In this document: in pieces, positions 26,501-37,741 of the stretch | How positions within the stretch are numbered: the stretch's first letter is position 1 | Layout: each line of letters starts with the position of its first letter | Assembly: GCA_030141605.1 (NCBI GenBank) | Contig: JAQGDQ010000070.1 | Location: 372,001 to 436,000 of the forward strand | Origin: Tubiluchus corallicola | Taxonomy: Eukaryota; Animalia; Priapulida | Direction: 5' to 3' | DNA: 64,000 bases | The notes under the pieces: generated by a model | Seen by the model: the letters and a program-made list of their open reading frames with translations, nothing else | Database searches by the model: none | What the model was told of the DNA's origin: nothing | Position numbers and translations under genes: made by a program

Positions 26501-29500
26501 GACAAATTGCTAGGCTAGTCTCACAGTCACAATGTAAGCAAGCTCTTACTTGCTGAGCTGACGACGAAACCTGATCTTTGTCACCTGAATCCATTGCAAA
26601 CAACTAAAACATGTACAAACACAATAGCCTCAGCCATTTTAGTGGTTTTACTGAGCTACCTACATTTTCTTACAGCATATGCAGCCTTGCACGTGACCAA
26701 GCATTGAGTGTTAGAACAATCAGCTACTACAGCTGTATTTAGAAGTTTTTATGACGCAGTCAGTCTGAACTCTAAATGTCAAATAAGGTCATTATTTGAG
26801 GGCAATAATGAACCACTGTGTGCGTACAGGCATTGTGTGGCACTAAACAAGGCAACTAAATGATCAAACTGCCTAAATTTAAAATGTTCTTTTTGGAAAG
26901 ATAAGTAACTCAAGTTTAGCAGTGTCACAGCCAAAGCAACAAGTAATCGCATTGCCAGAGACTAAACAGAAAGCAGAATAATTGCATTACATTGCTCGTT
27001 ACTATAAAAGATAATGTGATTACAATAATTTGTTACTACCCAACACTGACGACTGATATTGCTACACTAATGTGTGTAATTTACACATTATATACAATTT
27101 ACATGTAGTTGTAAACAGAAGCATAACAAGTGCGTGTGACACCCGAGGGCAAAAAACTTCTGGTGCCCAACCTTTTTAATGTTTTGATCATTTGTTTTGT
27201 TGGGGAAACTACAAATTGTGCATGTTTTTTGCTTCCTTGAGTCCTATTTCCCTTTTTCAATATGACGGGATAAAGATAAATGACTTTTTCTAAGAATCAC
27301 CCTAAGTTTGGTTTGCAGTACTACACCAGAATAACTCTTTCATGCATCGGTCTAGGAATTTTGTTAGCACGACAGTCGTTAAACATTCAACTCCAGCATT
27401 AAAACATGCAAAGATTGTGAAAGGTACAGAACGCTACAGGTTTTCACATTAATACAATTGGCATTTAGAGAAACGCCACAGTATATCTCAAAATTATCGA
27501 CCTGCTAAACCACATTCCACCCTACGTACGTGTTGAATAACTACATTAGTTTTTTTAAGTGCAGTAAATGATGACGTTTGACTAAGCAATTTTACTGTAG
27601 TTTGAAAACTTTTGTTAATGTCGAATTAATAATTAATAATCATTAAACTCTAGCATAATTTTGTGCCCCCTCACTCTTGCACCAGGGGATGATTACTACC
27701 TGTTGCACTCCTTTTGCTAACCTCTGGTTGTAACTAGCACGCAAAAAATAGATTAAAAGCTGGTTGTTCATATTAGTTATGCACACCTCTAACAATTATA
27801 CAATTTGTTAAGATCCACATTGCATGTACGCAAAAAATAAATAAATAAAAGTCGTAGGCATAGCAAACAGCCCCACCTGGCAAAGAGTGACACTGGGATA
27901 ACGTTCTGCCTGCTCATGAAGTGCAGCTTTTTCTCCTCTCTGTGCACCATGTACAATAAGCAACGGTTTATTTCTGTCATATAATTGAAATAAATACATA
28001 ACGGCTTTTACTTCATTAATACTGTAAACATCATACATGTTTTAAATATTTTTAAAAAGGTCCGACATTACTACAATTTTAAACACGGAAGGATTATGTG
28101 AAGTTTGTGCATCCATGTTTTAATAACAATAACAAGTTAATAAACAGTAGCAACATTAAAACAGATGTGTTGTTAAAGCGCACATTGTAAAAAAATTTTA
28201 AAATATCATAAGTAACATATCATGCCAACTTAAGAAAAATTTTGCTTCTGGCGTATTACTGATATGGGCATTTGTTTGGGACTAGTTTTAGTAAAATTTT
28301 TCATGTCAATATCAAATTTTGATGTGACAAATTAAAATATTAGCTACATTTGTGAATTTCGTCACGAGTAAGAAGTTAACGATGTTTGAAATCCAGATGC
28401 TCTAATGATCCTACAAGGGTAGTGTGACATAACAGCAATAAATTACAATTATTGTGTTCAAAGCAAAAATAAATCACAATTGTGTTAGACATTGATTAAA
28501 ATTAACTAACTACAGATTTCTAAATCATAAAAAAACAACTGTCATATGAATCACCAGTTTTCCGATTAAACGCAAGGGGCAGGTCTCACAAAGTCACCGC
28601 TAAGTTACTGTCGTCGTTATTTCAGTCGTTACTCAGTGAAACTGGGCCCAGTACTTTATCAGCATTACTAAACAAATACAACAACATTGCACCTCTCACC
28701 TAAACTGAAGTGGATACTGTTCTACCAGCCAATGAATATCAATGCAGTAGTTAAACTGAAACACAAACACTCGGTAAAACTAGATGGTAATTGCTGCAAA
28801 ACTCGCAAGAATCACAGATTCTGCATAGTCTGTTAATACCATGACACTGTCCTTGCATTAGTTTTGCAGTTTTCTAACTCTAGATAGAGTAATTTCCATC
28901 AGTAGAATAAGGTCATCTTGTGATCATAATAAATATGTTACAAGACACACTGTCTTTATTCCTGGCATATATCTGCCGGCTGATTTCTGCATTACTTGTG
29001 GTGAGCCAAAACTTTGCAATATCAAAACTTCGTCAAAACTCAAGATTGCAAAACAAAATTTTCCTAAGACAAAAAGAGAAACTGATTGAAATATTTCTAC
29101 TTTTATTTCCCAGAGGACTGGAAATCACCGAAGTCTATGTTATTTGTGGCCCAGCACTATTTTATTTGTTGGGTCTAACAACAAGAGACTAAGCAAAACT
29201 TTTTGCTGCAATTCTGCATAGTTTTTTATCTTACCTGAGCAGAAGAAACTAAGTTTCCTAATTCTTCAGACAAAATTTCTGCAAGAAAATGTAATTTTAA
29301 TGTTGATTAACCTTTTTCTTACAATAATAATACAAAATGGTAATTTTCTGCTGCGTCAAAACTATTTTTGCAGTTGCCTAACAGAAATCAAGTACACGAA
29401 AAGTTGTATAGCAAGAAAATGAAATATTTGAAACTTTAAAATTACCTGCTAGAAGGAAAAGCCAAGAAACTGACAAAAAAAATGAAATTTGATGCTTCTT

Positions 29501-30657
29501 TTCTTAAACTATCTACCTCTAGGCAATATGAAAATAGGTACAGAGAAAATATCAAACTTCTATACCTTTTATATGCATGGATATAAAATTATTTGTCTCC
29601 ACAGACAAGCCTCGAACTTTAGAAAACATGAATCCCCATGGTTGACTCATAGAAAGCATGTCTGCTGGTGAAACTCTTGAAGACTTGGAGTCGGAGATTT
29701 TAACTCGTTTTGGAACTGGTCCTTCCAATTCATTTGTACTCATACCTGCAACATGGCATAAATGTCAATTTTTAATTACTTATTAAACTTTACAAAACTT
29801 ACAACTTACTATTGTAATAACAAGGTATCAATAGTTGCAAACTGAAGGATGAAGAATTTCTTCCAAATATAGCTGCTAAACTTAGCGCAAATATGAAACA
29901 ATGAAAATCACCAATCTAGACAAAAAATAATATTAATGTTGTTATTATTTATTATTATTATCATTAAATTATTATGCTTATACCAATTATAATTTCGAAT
30001 GTTCTGTGATTGTATTAATCTGCTCTGATAACAACAAGGGAATCCACACATATTTATAAAAATCAATATGCCTTCCAGATAACAATATTCAGTTGTTTGA
30101 CCTAGCTAATAACAAATAACCATTATTATTATTAAAATGAATATTTAGTGATTCTTTAAATACCAAACTGACCCGCACCTTTTTTGGGATGCCTGTATTC
30201 CTGGAAATGCACTGGGTTTTTCCTGTAGCACTTTTCTCCATATTTGCACATGGGCCTTGCATCTACACCTAAAGAAAAATTACAAAAAACAAACACCATC
30301 AAACAAGCGCAAAATTTTCCCGTAAGGGAAAAAGCAAAGACATGGGTTCACCTTTCTAAGTTTTATTAAAATAAATGAATTCAGTTGCTATGTTAGAAGT
30401 ACAGTATGTCCCTAGTAACATTGTAATTTTGCCTTATGATATCAAATTAGAATAAGTCTATACTCCTCAATTTATGAGATTACAAATAAGCCCAAAAAAC
30501 AGTAGTTGGTGCTCTTCCAATAGTTTCTAACTAAAGTTCTCATTTCAGCTAATTAAACAAAGGATATAAAGTAAAAAACTGCCACCTTACCAGCCACTGT
30601 TATGGGTGCAGCATTCTGAGAATCAGAATCAGAGTCAGACTCTGATACTTCAAGCAT
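17569..30657 (-). CDS. TDP1: Tyrosyl-DNA phosphodiesterase 1 (537 aa). Coding exons 5'->3': 30657-30591, 30268-30179, 29745-29566, 29278-29235, 28755-28700, 27973-27877, 25673-25546, 24740-24567, 22098-22020, 21418-21230, 20379-20264, 19843-19736, 18952-18850, 18279-18174, 17645-17569
   Basis: All junctions are GT-AG and phase-compatible (1614 nt total). Both catalytic HKN motifs are present (FGTHHTKMM…HTSNL; SPHIKSY…[11 protein letters not shown]), plus [46 protein letters not shown] and DRPWVWD. An in-frame TGA lies just upstream of the ATG at 30657. Confidence 0.95.
22445..24356. repeat. Long inverted repeat (foldback) in TDP1 intron 8; arms 22445-23036 and 23051-24356, the right arm interrupted by an insertion
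   Basis: Arms of about 590 bp are near-identical reverse complements separated by a 14-nt spacer. The mirror-image ORFs 22483..22668(-) and 24133..24318(+) confirm this. Confidence 0.95.
23288..23985. mobile_element. Non-autonomous Tc1/mariner-superfamily (Tc2/pogo-like) MITE, 698 bp
   Basis: 29-bp TIRs CCGTATTTTCCC(A/G)TGTATAAGAGACCCTT, TA duplication at 23286-87 and 23986-87, and internal TGTATAAGAGACCC subterminal repeats. The empty site (TAAAC-TA-TGTCCC) is visible in the left foldback arm. Confidence 0.92.
25981..26074 (-). repeat. Penelope-like repeat copy with degenerate minimal hammerhead motif (TDP1 intron)
   Basis: Homologous to 36376-36468. The minus strand reads GTCC-CTGATGA-AGCATTTAGCAGTTT-GAAA-CAGGTACAGGAT. 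Confidence 0.6.
26218..27048. mobile_element. Probable hAT-like non-autonomous element
   Basis: Ends CAGTGTTGAGT… and …ACCCAACACTG, with multiple GATTAC/GTAAT subterminal motifs. TSD poorly preserved. Confidence 0.5.
27116..27726. mobile_element. hAT-like MITE, 611 bp
   Basis: Degenerate CAGA… and …TCTG termini flanked by 8-bp direct repeats GTTGTAAA (27108-27115) and GTTGTAAC (27727-27734). Confidence 0.6.
30179..30268 (-). CDS. TDP1: TDP1 exon encoding a PAR-binding zinc finger (PBZ)
   Basis: Translates to [29 protein letters not shown], i.e. C-x5-C-x6-H-x5-H with the YG and CYR signature of APLF-type PBZ. 90-nt phase 1-1 exon. Confidence 0.9.
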
Positions 30658-31089
30658 TCTCCTTTTTCAGATTATTTGTGTATTAATGTTTCAAAAATAA
30701 CACCACAGTCACGTTACAAATTAACTCCCAGTGTTGTCATCATGACCACTTTTTAAACACGTAAACATGTCCAGCAGGCTTTTCAATTCCCCATCTCCAA
30801 AACCTATTAAACAGTAACGAATATGTACTTGTAATTCATGACAAAATTAACTAATTTCTTAATGTTATGTTTGCAGAGGTCAGTCTCCCATTAGCGCAAA
30901 CTGTAAAATACTGTTTTCCACACAGAAACACAACACAACAGCAACATGTCATAGTCATAGAAGTTTTTACAACATTAATTTGCTTTCAATGCCCAGAGCT
31001 CAGAGTTATACAGATATAAAGTTTTAACTAAGACCGAGAATATTCCAATTTTTGTTTCTAAAGAAATCTTCCTTGAGTTTTGAATATGC

Positions 31090-31836
31090 CGATGTAGAGT
31101 GCAGAGTACACCACTAGCTGAAGTACGACACTTCTGCTAAAGCGCATGTGCTAAATTTGCGAAAAAGCAGTGTCGTACATGGGCAGCCCAAGTAGGGCAC
31201 TGGCGATTTCTGTCAAGAATCGAGAGATGATAAAACATAAAACTAAATTTGTTTCAGAAAAAAGTAACTTTATAATAATGATGAATAGTCCTTGACAATT
31301 TACAAACTTTTAATGTATTATTTACAATTACCATAATTTTTATTACTTAGCTCCATTAATATCATCATAACATTAAACTAAGTAAGTATCTAATGCTTAA
31401 AGAGAAAAACTATGTAGGGCACATTGCTTGCTAGACCGTTTACTTAGTAGAAAACAATTATTTGTCCAAGAGGTAGTGAAATGGATCACCTGTCTGTGAA
31501 GCGAGACAAAATAAAAAATGATATACCTTAAGCAAATGTTGGAGTTGCCTAAAAAGCAGGCTTAATTCACTTCAAAAAGATTAATATCGAAGCCAAATCT
31601 AATATTGGCCATTCTACTAGCTCAGAATAAGGTTCTTTTATTTTATCAGATGTATAATAAATTATTCAACGTGTATTGACATTTTCAATTATTATTATTA
31701 AATAAACAAGGACAACGGACGCTGCCAGTACGGTTAAGAACTCAATTCGTGACCTGTCTCTAGTGTCCTACTTGGGCTAGCCCATGTACGCCAATCGTCC
31801 TACTTCGGCTAGTGTCCTACTCCGTTTCCAACACTG
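31090..31836. mobile_element. MITE-like element with long imperfect inverted termini
   Basis: CGTACATGGGCAGCCCAAGTAGGGCACT (~31174) is the reverse complement of AGTGTCCTACTTGGGCTAGCCCATGTACG (~31762), and CACTAGCTGAAGTA matches TACTTCGGCTAGTG. Left end approximate. Confidence 0.65.
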
Positions 31837-32427
31837 ATAATGCTATTACCTTCTGTATTGATATGTGCTCTTTCGTTGCAAGTAAACTACTAAAATTACC
31901 AATTAAATTACCGTTTAAAACATGCTGACTTTCGAGGCTCAGGGCTATGGGAAATCTTCGCTCAATCAATCACGCCAATTTTCCAATGACAAGGCCGTCG
32001 TAACACAAGCGCAAGTGGCCGTGTTGCGTGACCAAAGAGTATAATGAATCAGCAACTAAAGTTGTAATACTTCAATTTCACCACATATGTGAGATTTTGA
32101 CAGCCAAGCGTTATTCTTGTAGCATGCATTAGCACTCCTTCCATAAGCAATATAATTTACGTCTTTCTGATAAAGAGGATTCCAAAGCTATACACAGTAT
32201 TCTAGGTGAGGTCTAACCAAACCAATATATATAATTTCAGTATAACTTCTCTATGATTTTCTAGAAACAATGCGCCTCTTTATCATCCCCAAGACTTTAT
32301 TTGCTTTTTTAACAGAGGAAACGCATTGCTGGGAAAATGTCATGTCTGCATGACGTTATAATCACACCAAGACCATTTTACTATTTGTACTTTAAGGGGT
32401 TGTTCAATGTTCATAACTGCAATGTAT

Positions 32428-32480
32428 TACTTCACATCAAGTGAAGTAATGCAATGCATTACTTCACTTGATGTGAAGTA
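32428..32480. repeat. Perfect palindrome with 26-bp arms and a 1-nt spacer
   Basis: TACTTCACATCAAGTGAAGTAATGCA-A-TGCATTACTTCACTTGATGTGAAGTA. Confidence 0.95.
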
Positions 32481-33626
32481 GTGAATTTTATCAAAATTAA
32501 ATAACTTCTGCCAATCATTATTCCACCTACATAATTCCTCAATATCAGGCTGTTAAAACTCATGAATCTATTACAGAGTTAACTGGACTATACAGCTTTT
32601 TATGATTTGCAAATTTTAAAATATGAGTGAAAATAACGTTTAAAAATGTACATGCTAATTGCCTAGTTACCTGGATGTAAACTAAAAATTCTATTCTCAA
32701 TCTAACCATATATTTAGATAACGTACACATAACTTTACTTGAAATTACTGAGGAAATAAATTCGCAATTCATTAACATTAGAGATCCAGATAATAACATT
32801 AACAGATGGAAATGTGAAAAAAATCATAACTGAGCCTGGAGTGAACCAAAACCCTTTAAGTTCGAAGCATACTGTGGTTGACTAGTTGATGTCAATGCCT
32901 TTTGAACAAAACATGTATATTCTGATGCAATTATGCATAATCTCCCGCAATAATGAAGCTACACTTGGAAATTCTGGAAGAACTGGTGACTTATCAGTGT
33001 AAAACAGTTCTGACCTATCCTGTTTTGACCACAAAAAGCTGAGTTAGTGCAGGTCTAGGAAGTTGAGCTTGTAGCTCAGAGGTACCTTGTTCAAAGATCA
33101 TATCCAGCCGCATTTATCATGTTTTCACGCTTTCTTTCTTTGGCCATATCTGGATTTAAAAAATCAATAAATTGTGGTATTATTTTAACTTTTCAACTTG
33201 ACTTTACCTATTGTTAGCTTTGTTGCTTAACTGGTATTTGAATGCTTAATTCACTTAAAAAATATGACGAAAAGAACTCGTAATTATGAAGTGCGTGATA
33301 TAGTGCATTTTATGGTACCTTAGCAACCTGCTTTGATTACAATAACCAATCCTAAAGCATTAGTTAAACACAAAAACTATTTCAATTAATGGCCAGTAAT
33401 AATAATAATAATATCATATTTTCGATAAAAACGTAAAAATAAAAATTAAATTTATTAACTATATTATTACTTTTTTCACATCTAAAATTTCGAGTGTTTT
33501 TAACAAGTATAACAGTTACTTATAAAATACAATAGACATCGTGTGAACTCGTCCTTAAATTTCCTAAGCTCAGCAATTTAACATCGTTGTACTGGAATAA
33601 TCACTCCTGCTACCTAGACGGTAGTT

Positions 33627-33639
33627 GTCGCCTAGCAAC
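33627..33639. promoter_or_regulatory. Candidate RFX X-box, upstream of a possible non-coding first exon ending at the 33798|GTGAGT donor
   Basis: GTCGCCTAGCAAC fits GTNRCC-N(0-3)-RGYAAC and lies in a locally GC-richer patch between TDP1 and Syt1. Confidence 0.4.
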
Positions 33640-34308
33640 GTGATGAGGATGCGAGTGTGGCATTCACCGAATCAGCAGCAGCAGCTGCAGGCTTCATCAT
33701 GTGATTGCAGACAAACTATGAAGAGAAGTTTGGCATATGGCGTGAAAAAATGTAGTTTTTACTGTGAAATTGGAATTTTACTGATGGAATTCTGACGGGT
33801 GAGTTGATGTCTAGATGTTATAACTGTTGTTAACTGCTGTTAATTGCTTTTAACCCGCTACAGAATACTGTTTTTGTAAATTTTTACCAGACCAACGCTT
33901 TTGCGCCACTAATCAACCTGTCTGGACAAGTGATGCTTCTAAGCAGTTCATATTATTTGGCAGGAAACTAAGTTTAATGATTTTAAAAAGAAAACAACTA
34001 GTACGGCGGAAACTTTTGTGACTTGATTTTTAATATTTTATAAGCTATTATTAAAAGTTGTTTTCTTTTTATGATACTGTGAGCGCCTGTATAAATTATT
34101 GACTAAATGATTTTATGTTATATCATAATTACATTAGCAGTCTTAATATCAAGATTAATATTAATGATAATGCAAACACACAATTAATCAAAATAACCAA
34201 AATAAAAAAACTGAATTAGTTACAATCACACTAGTATGAGTGATATAGAAAAGCTAAATCTGGATGGCCGTCTATAGCGGATGAATTTTCGACTGCCTTG
34301 GTCACTAG

Positions 34309-34385
34309 GTATTATGGTGACCAAGTGGTACAAGACACCTGTCTTGTAGGCAGAGGGTCTCTGGTTCAAATTCGGTGTTATATTC
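34309..34385 (+). pseudogene. Degenerate tRNA-Thr(UGU)-like sequence (pseudo-tRNA or SINE head)
   Basis: A-box-like GTGACCAAGTGGT, anticodon-arm-like CCTGTC-TTGTA-GGCAG and B-box-like GGTTCAAAT. The acceptor stem does not pair. Confidence 0.5.
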
Positions 34386-34867
34386 CACCTTTATCACATT
34401 TCCTTCAAGTTTGACATCAGAATTTAATTAATTATACGTTTGTACCGTCATAACAACGATCATAATTATGCGCACTGCAGCACAAACGTTTTCTATGTTG
34501 AAGCAAGAGGCACATGTCTCTCATCAAGGAAATAGCGCTCAAAACAATTTGGAAATCCATTATTAAATGCTGTTCTACGTTTGGTCTTTATGACATATAC
34601 GGCTCATAAATGCTGTCCGGTACATTGCCTGCAGCAGCGGAGATAAGTTATTTTAATGCCAGACCACTGTTTACACTGAAGTGACATAAATGGGATCGAC
34701 AGATAGAATGTTGAGATCATGGTAGTGCTTTTGATAGTGGCGAGAATGGAGTTAATGCTGGTGATGGCAATAACGATAACAATGACTCCCGGTCAAGGTG
34801 ATGACGGTGCGTAGGACTACAACAAGTGCAATGGGAGTGATGGGGAAAAAACTTTATGTGTTTTTGG

Positions 34868-34957
34868 TAATGATGACGATAATGGTATGATGATAATGAT
34901 GATGATAACGACAATGACGATAACAATAATGATGACGAGGACGACGACGACGACGTC

Positions 34958-35008
<51 letters not shown>
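34868..35008. repeat. (GAT/GAC)n trinucleotide microsatellite
   Basis: Perfect (GAT)n at 34958-35008 with degenerate flanking repeats; source of the poly-Met ORF. Confidence 0.95.
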
Positions 35009-36404
35009 ATTACACCTATGCTACATTTGGTACATAAGGATAAATGTATATTTTAGTGGTTGTGTTGATAATAATGATAAATACGATGTTTTGTGTGAGG
35101 GGATACACCTTGGTATAGTTTCTACAAATACAAGGTTTACCTAACTCCATGCCAGTTTTCGCCAACTTTCACAGCCTTCACTGTAGACGAATTGCTCTAT
35201 TTAGTAATTCGAAGATGAAATCTTCTTTATTGTATAAAATGACTGGTGTCACAAACCTGTAAAGAGTCAGTTATGTCGGCTGTCGAAACGTAGTTACGTG
35301 TAAAAACAACGTCTCTCGCAGAGCCTCAATTTGGCCTCTGTGGACCTACTATTATAGAATAATAGCCATGGAACTTGCGTCACTGAGACGTTTAATAATG
35401 GAGAAGATCTCGCAATGATTGAAGCCATAATTATATTGAGCCTGAGGGTAATCATGTATTCATCATCAGTGTTGTCATACATAGGGGTCTTCATTACTGT
35501 CAACGCGTTATGGCGGTTTTATAAGGTTTCATGCGGAGGCTGGCGCTGTGTACCATCAGAGTCTAAGTATAGCAAATTTAATCATGCACTCATCTTTTCA
35601 TTTAAGCCTAGTCAGTAATACACAAACAACTTTTCTATGACGTTAGATGCCGTGAAAAGAAAAAATCCGTGTTTGACAATGGTCATCAAATGCGCATCAA
35701 CTGATTTGTGATATTTTGTCACTATTTGCACTATTGCACATGATGTCAGGAAAATCGATGAAATGTCAGGAAACTAATTGTCTGCGGACTATTGCAACAT
35801 TTAGCGACAATATTTTTAGTGATGCTCTTTTGGGTGGCCTTCTGGAAATCCTGATATTAGTTTTTATGCAATGCTCAATACATCAGAAGTAAATACAGCT
35901 CCGCAACATTTTTCACTTGTTGACATTGGACTCGTAGTATTTTATAATTCATTCTGAGGGCATGCCACAATATAGTTCATTCTTCCCACGGCAATCCGAA
36001 ATATTGCACTGATCAGTTTTTAATTACATGTCAAATTTTTGAAACATCTCTTCTCCCACTTTTGCCTCCTTTCTCTTTTGTCTCATTTTTTTACTGTTGT
36101 TATTGCTTCAACTTCTTATTTAAAATCGACTAAATAGTATCATAGGTGCGTGTCCCATGAAATTTGCCCGTGTAGATGAAAGATTATAAATTGATTTGAA
36201 TCATCGGGTAACTTAATGACTGACTGGCTATTTGGCTGCCTATTTGTGGTTGTTTGACCAACTACTCCCCTGTTCTGGTTATTGGTAACTTGTTGTCAAT
36301 TGTGTAAATAATGTAATAGGCCGATGTTATATCTGATTTCTTGCTTAATCAGATTAAGCATACTACTAATGGATCAACTAGTGCAGTCTTTTTAACAGAC
36401 ATCT

Positions 36405-36540
36405 TTATTGTCGTCCTATACGTGTTTCACCCTACTAAGTGCTTCATCGGAAACTATAAAAACAAATCGAACGTAACATTTGTTTTTGTAGTCCCTGATA
36501 AAGCCCTTAGTAGGGTGAAAGACGTGTAGGACGATAATAA
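36405..36540. ncRNA. Hairpin made of two inverted minimal hammerhead-ribozyme-like motifs (Penelope pLTR type)
   Basis: Plus copy: GTCC-CTGATAA-AGCCCTTAGTAGGGT-GAAA-GACGTG-TA-GGAC (36491-36532). Minus copy: TTTC-CGATGA-AGCACTTAGTAGGGT-GAAA-CACGTA-TA-GGAC. Arms 36405-36467 and 36478-36540 with a 10-nt loop. Each copy has a substitution in the catalytic core. Confidence 0.65.
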
Positions 36541-37144
36541 GCTTAGTTGTTGTTGATCAGAAGTTATAGAGAAGGTTGGTTATTTATTTGATTAGCTGAT
36601 CTATAATAAGGAGGCGGGTGACTGAATACATAAAAGTTCAACAAACCTAGCCCCCTGGGTCTATATGAATTACAACAATAGCGTCTCTTCATCTTTAAGA
36701 CGCGTCGGTAATTTGTTGACAGTTTCCACTCCTTAGATGTACAATAACATCTTCAAATTCTAATTAGTCTGACGACGTATTCACTATCACATTTATGCTA
36801 ATACCACTATATTACCCTAATGATGGCTAAGAATAACAGAAGCTTGGTTATCGCGCATGAAAAGTAGAACAAGCGGCATCACGTTTGATGGTGAGCTGTA
36901 AATAATTTAGTGGGCCTTAGACTTTTAGCCAAAACCGTTATCTAGTTTTCGTGATACAGAAAGTAGGCCATGAATGTAAATTAATATATCGTATGTAAAT
37001 CAGTTAAGGTGAAATTGATTATTGACCTATGAATATCATATCTATTGTAACGGCGTGTGCTAAGCTATAAAATTAAAGTAAAACAGGATGACTTTTCATA
37101 TCTTGCCCCGTTTTGAAGTAAGTGAATAAAAACTAGATAAGCTA

Positions 37145-37670
37145 TATGTGTTCACGCCTATTATAATACCAAAGTGCTTCTGATAATTAAATAAAGGGTT
37201 AAGTAACGGCGGGCGAGCCCATCTAGTGATGACATAACAACTGAACATAATTTTCAACAGCACAATCATTCCAAGAGCGTGCACGTATTTGTGAAAGCGA
37301 AAATTGAAGTACAGCGATACTGTACAACATTCACAAAAACTCGGCAAATTTTACGTTTAAAAAGATAAATCTCAAATTTACCGCTCCGCTAACGCATGAA
37401 TGTGTGCACTACATCGCAACTGAACTGATCGGTACAGCGCCTAGTTTTTCCAAGATGCAGCAGCTGTGTCCTTCTAAGTATGTGAATGACGAAATGGAAT
37501 GTTGTACCTGGACGTGAATGTAAAATTAAATTTCCGTCCTAATAATTTTGCTAATAGTTTTTACAACTTACAAAACATACTCTTAACAAAAAAAATATAA
37601 GCCTATTCTTTCTCAATATTTTATGCGTTAGTTTTTTTAGCTACAGATTAAAATGGGGTTATGTCCCCAT
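37145..37670 (+). repeat. Dispersed repeat, copy B (homologous to ~6990-7560)
   Basis: Shares the core TAACGGCGGGCGAGCCCA…AACATAATTTTCAACAGCA and collinear downstream blocks with copy A. Confidence 0.7.
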
Positions 37671-37741
37671 TTAAGAAATGCTAAGTTTGACTACTAAGAT
37701 GGTGGGTAGCTGCAAGGAAAACTCGTTATGGGCGTCTTCAC

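Noticed and set aside
34887-35144. Poly-Met ORF
   Set aside because: Translation of the (GAT)n microsatellite.
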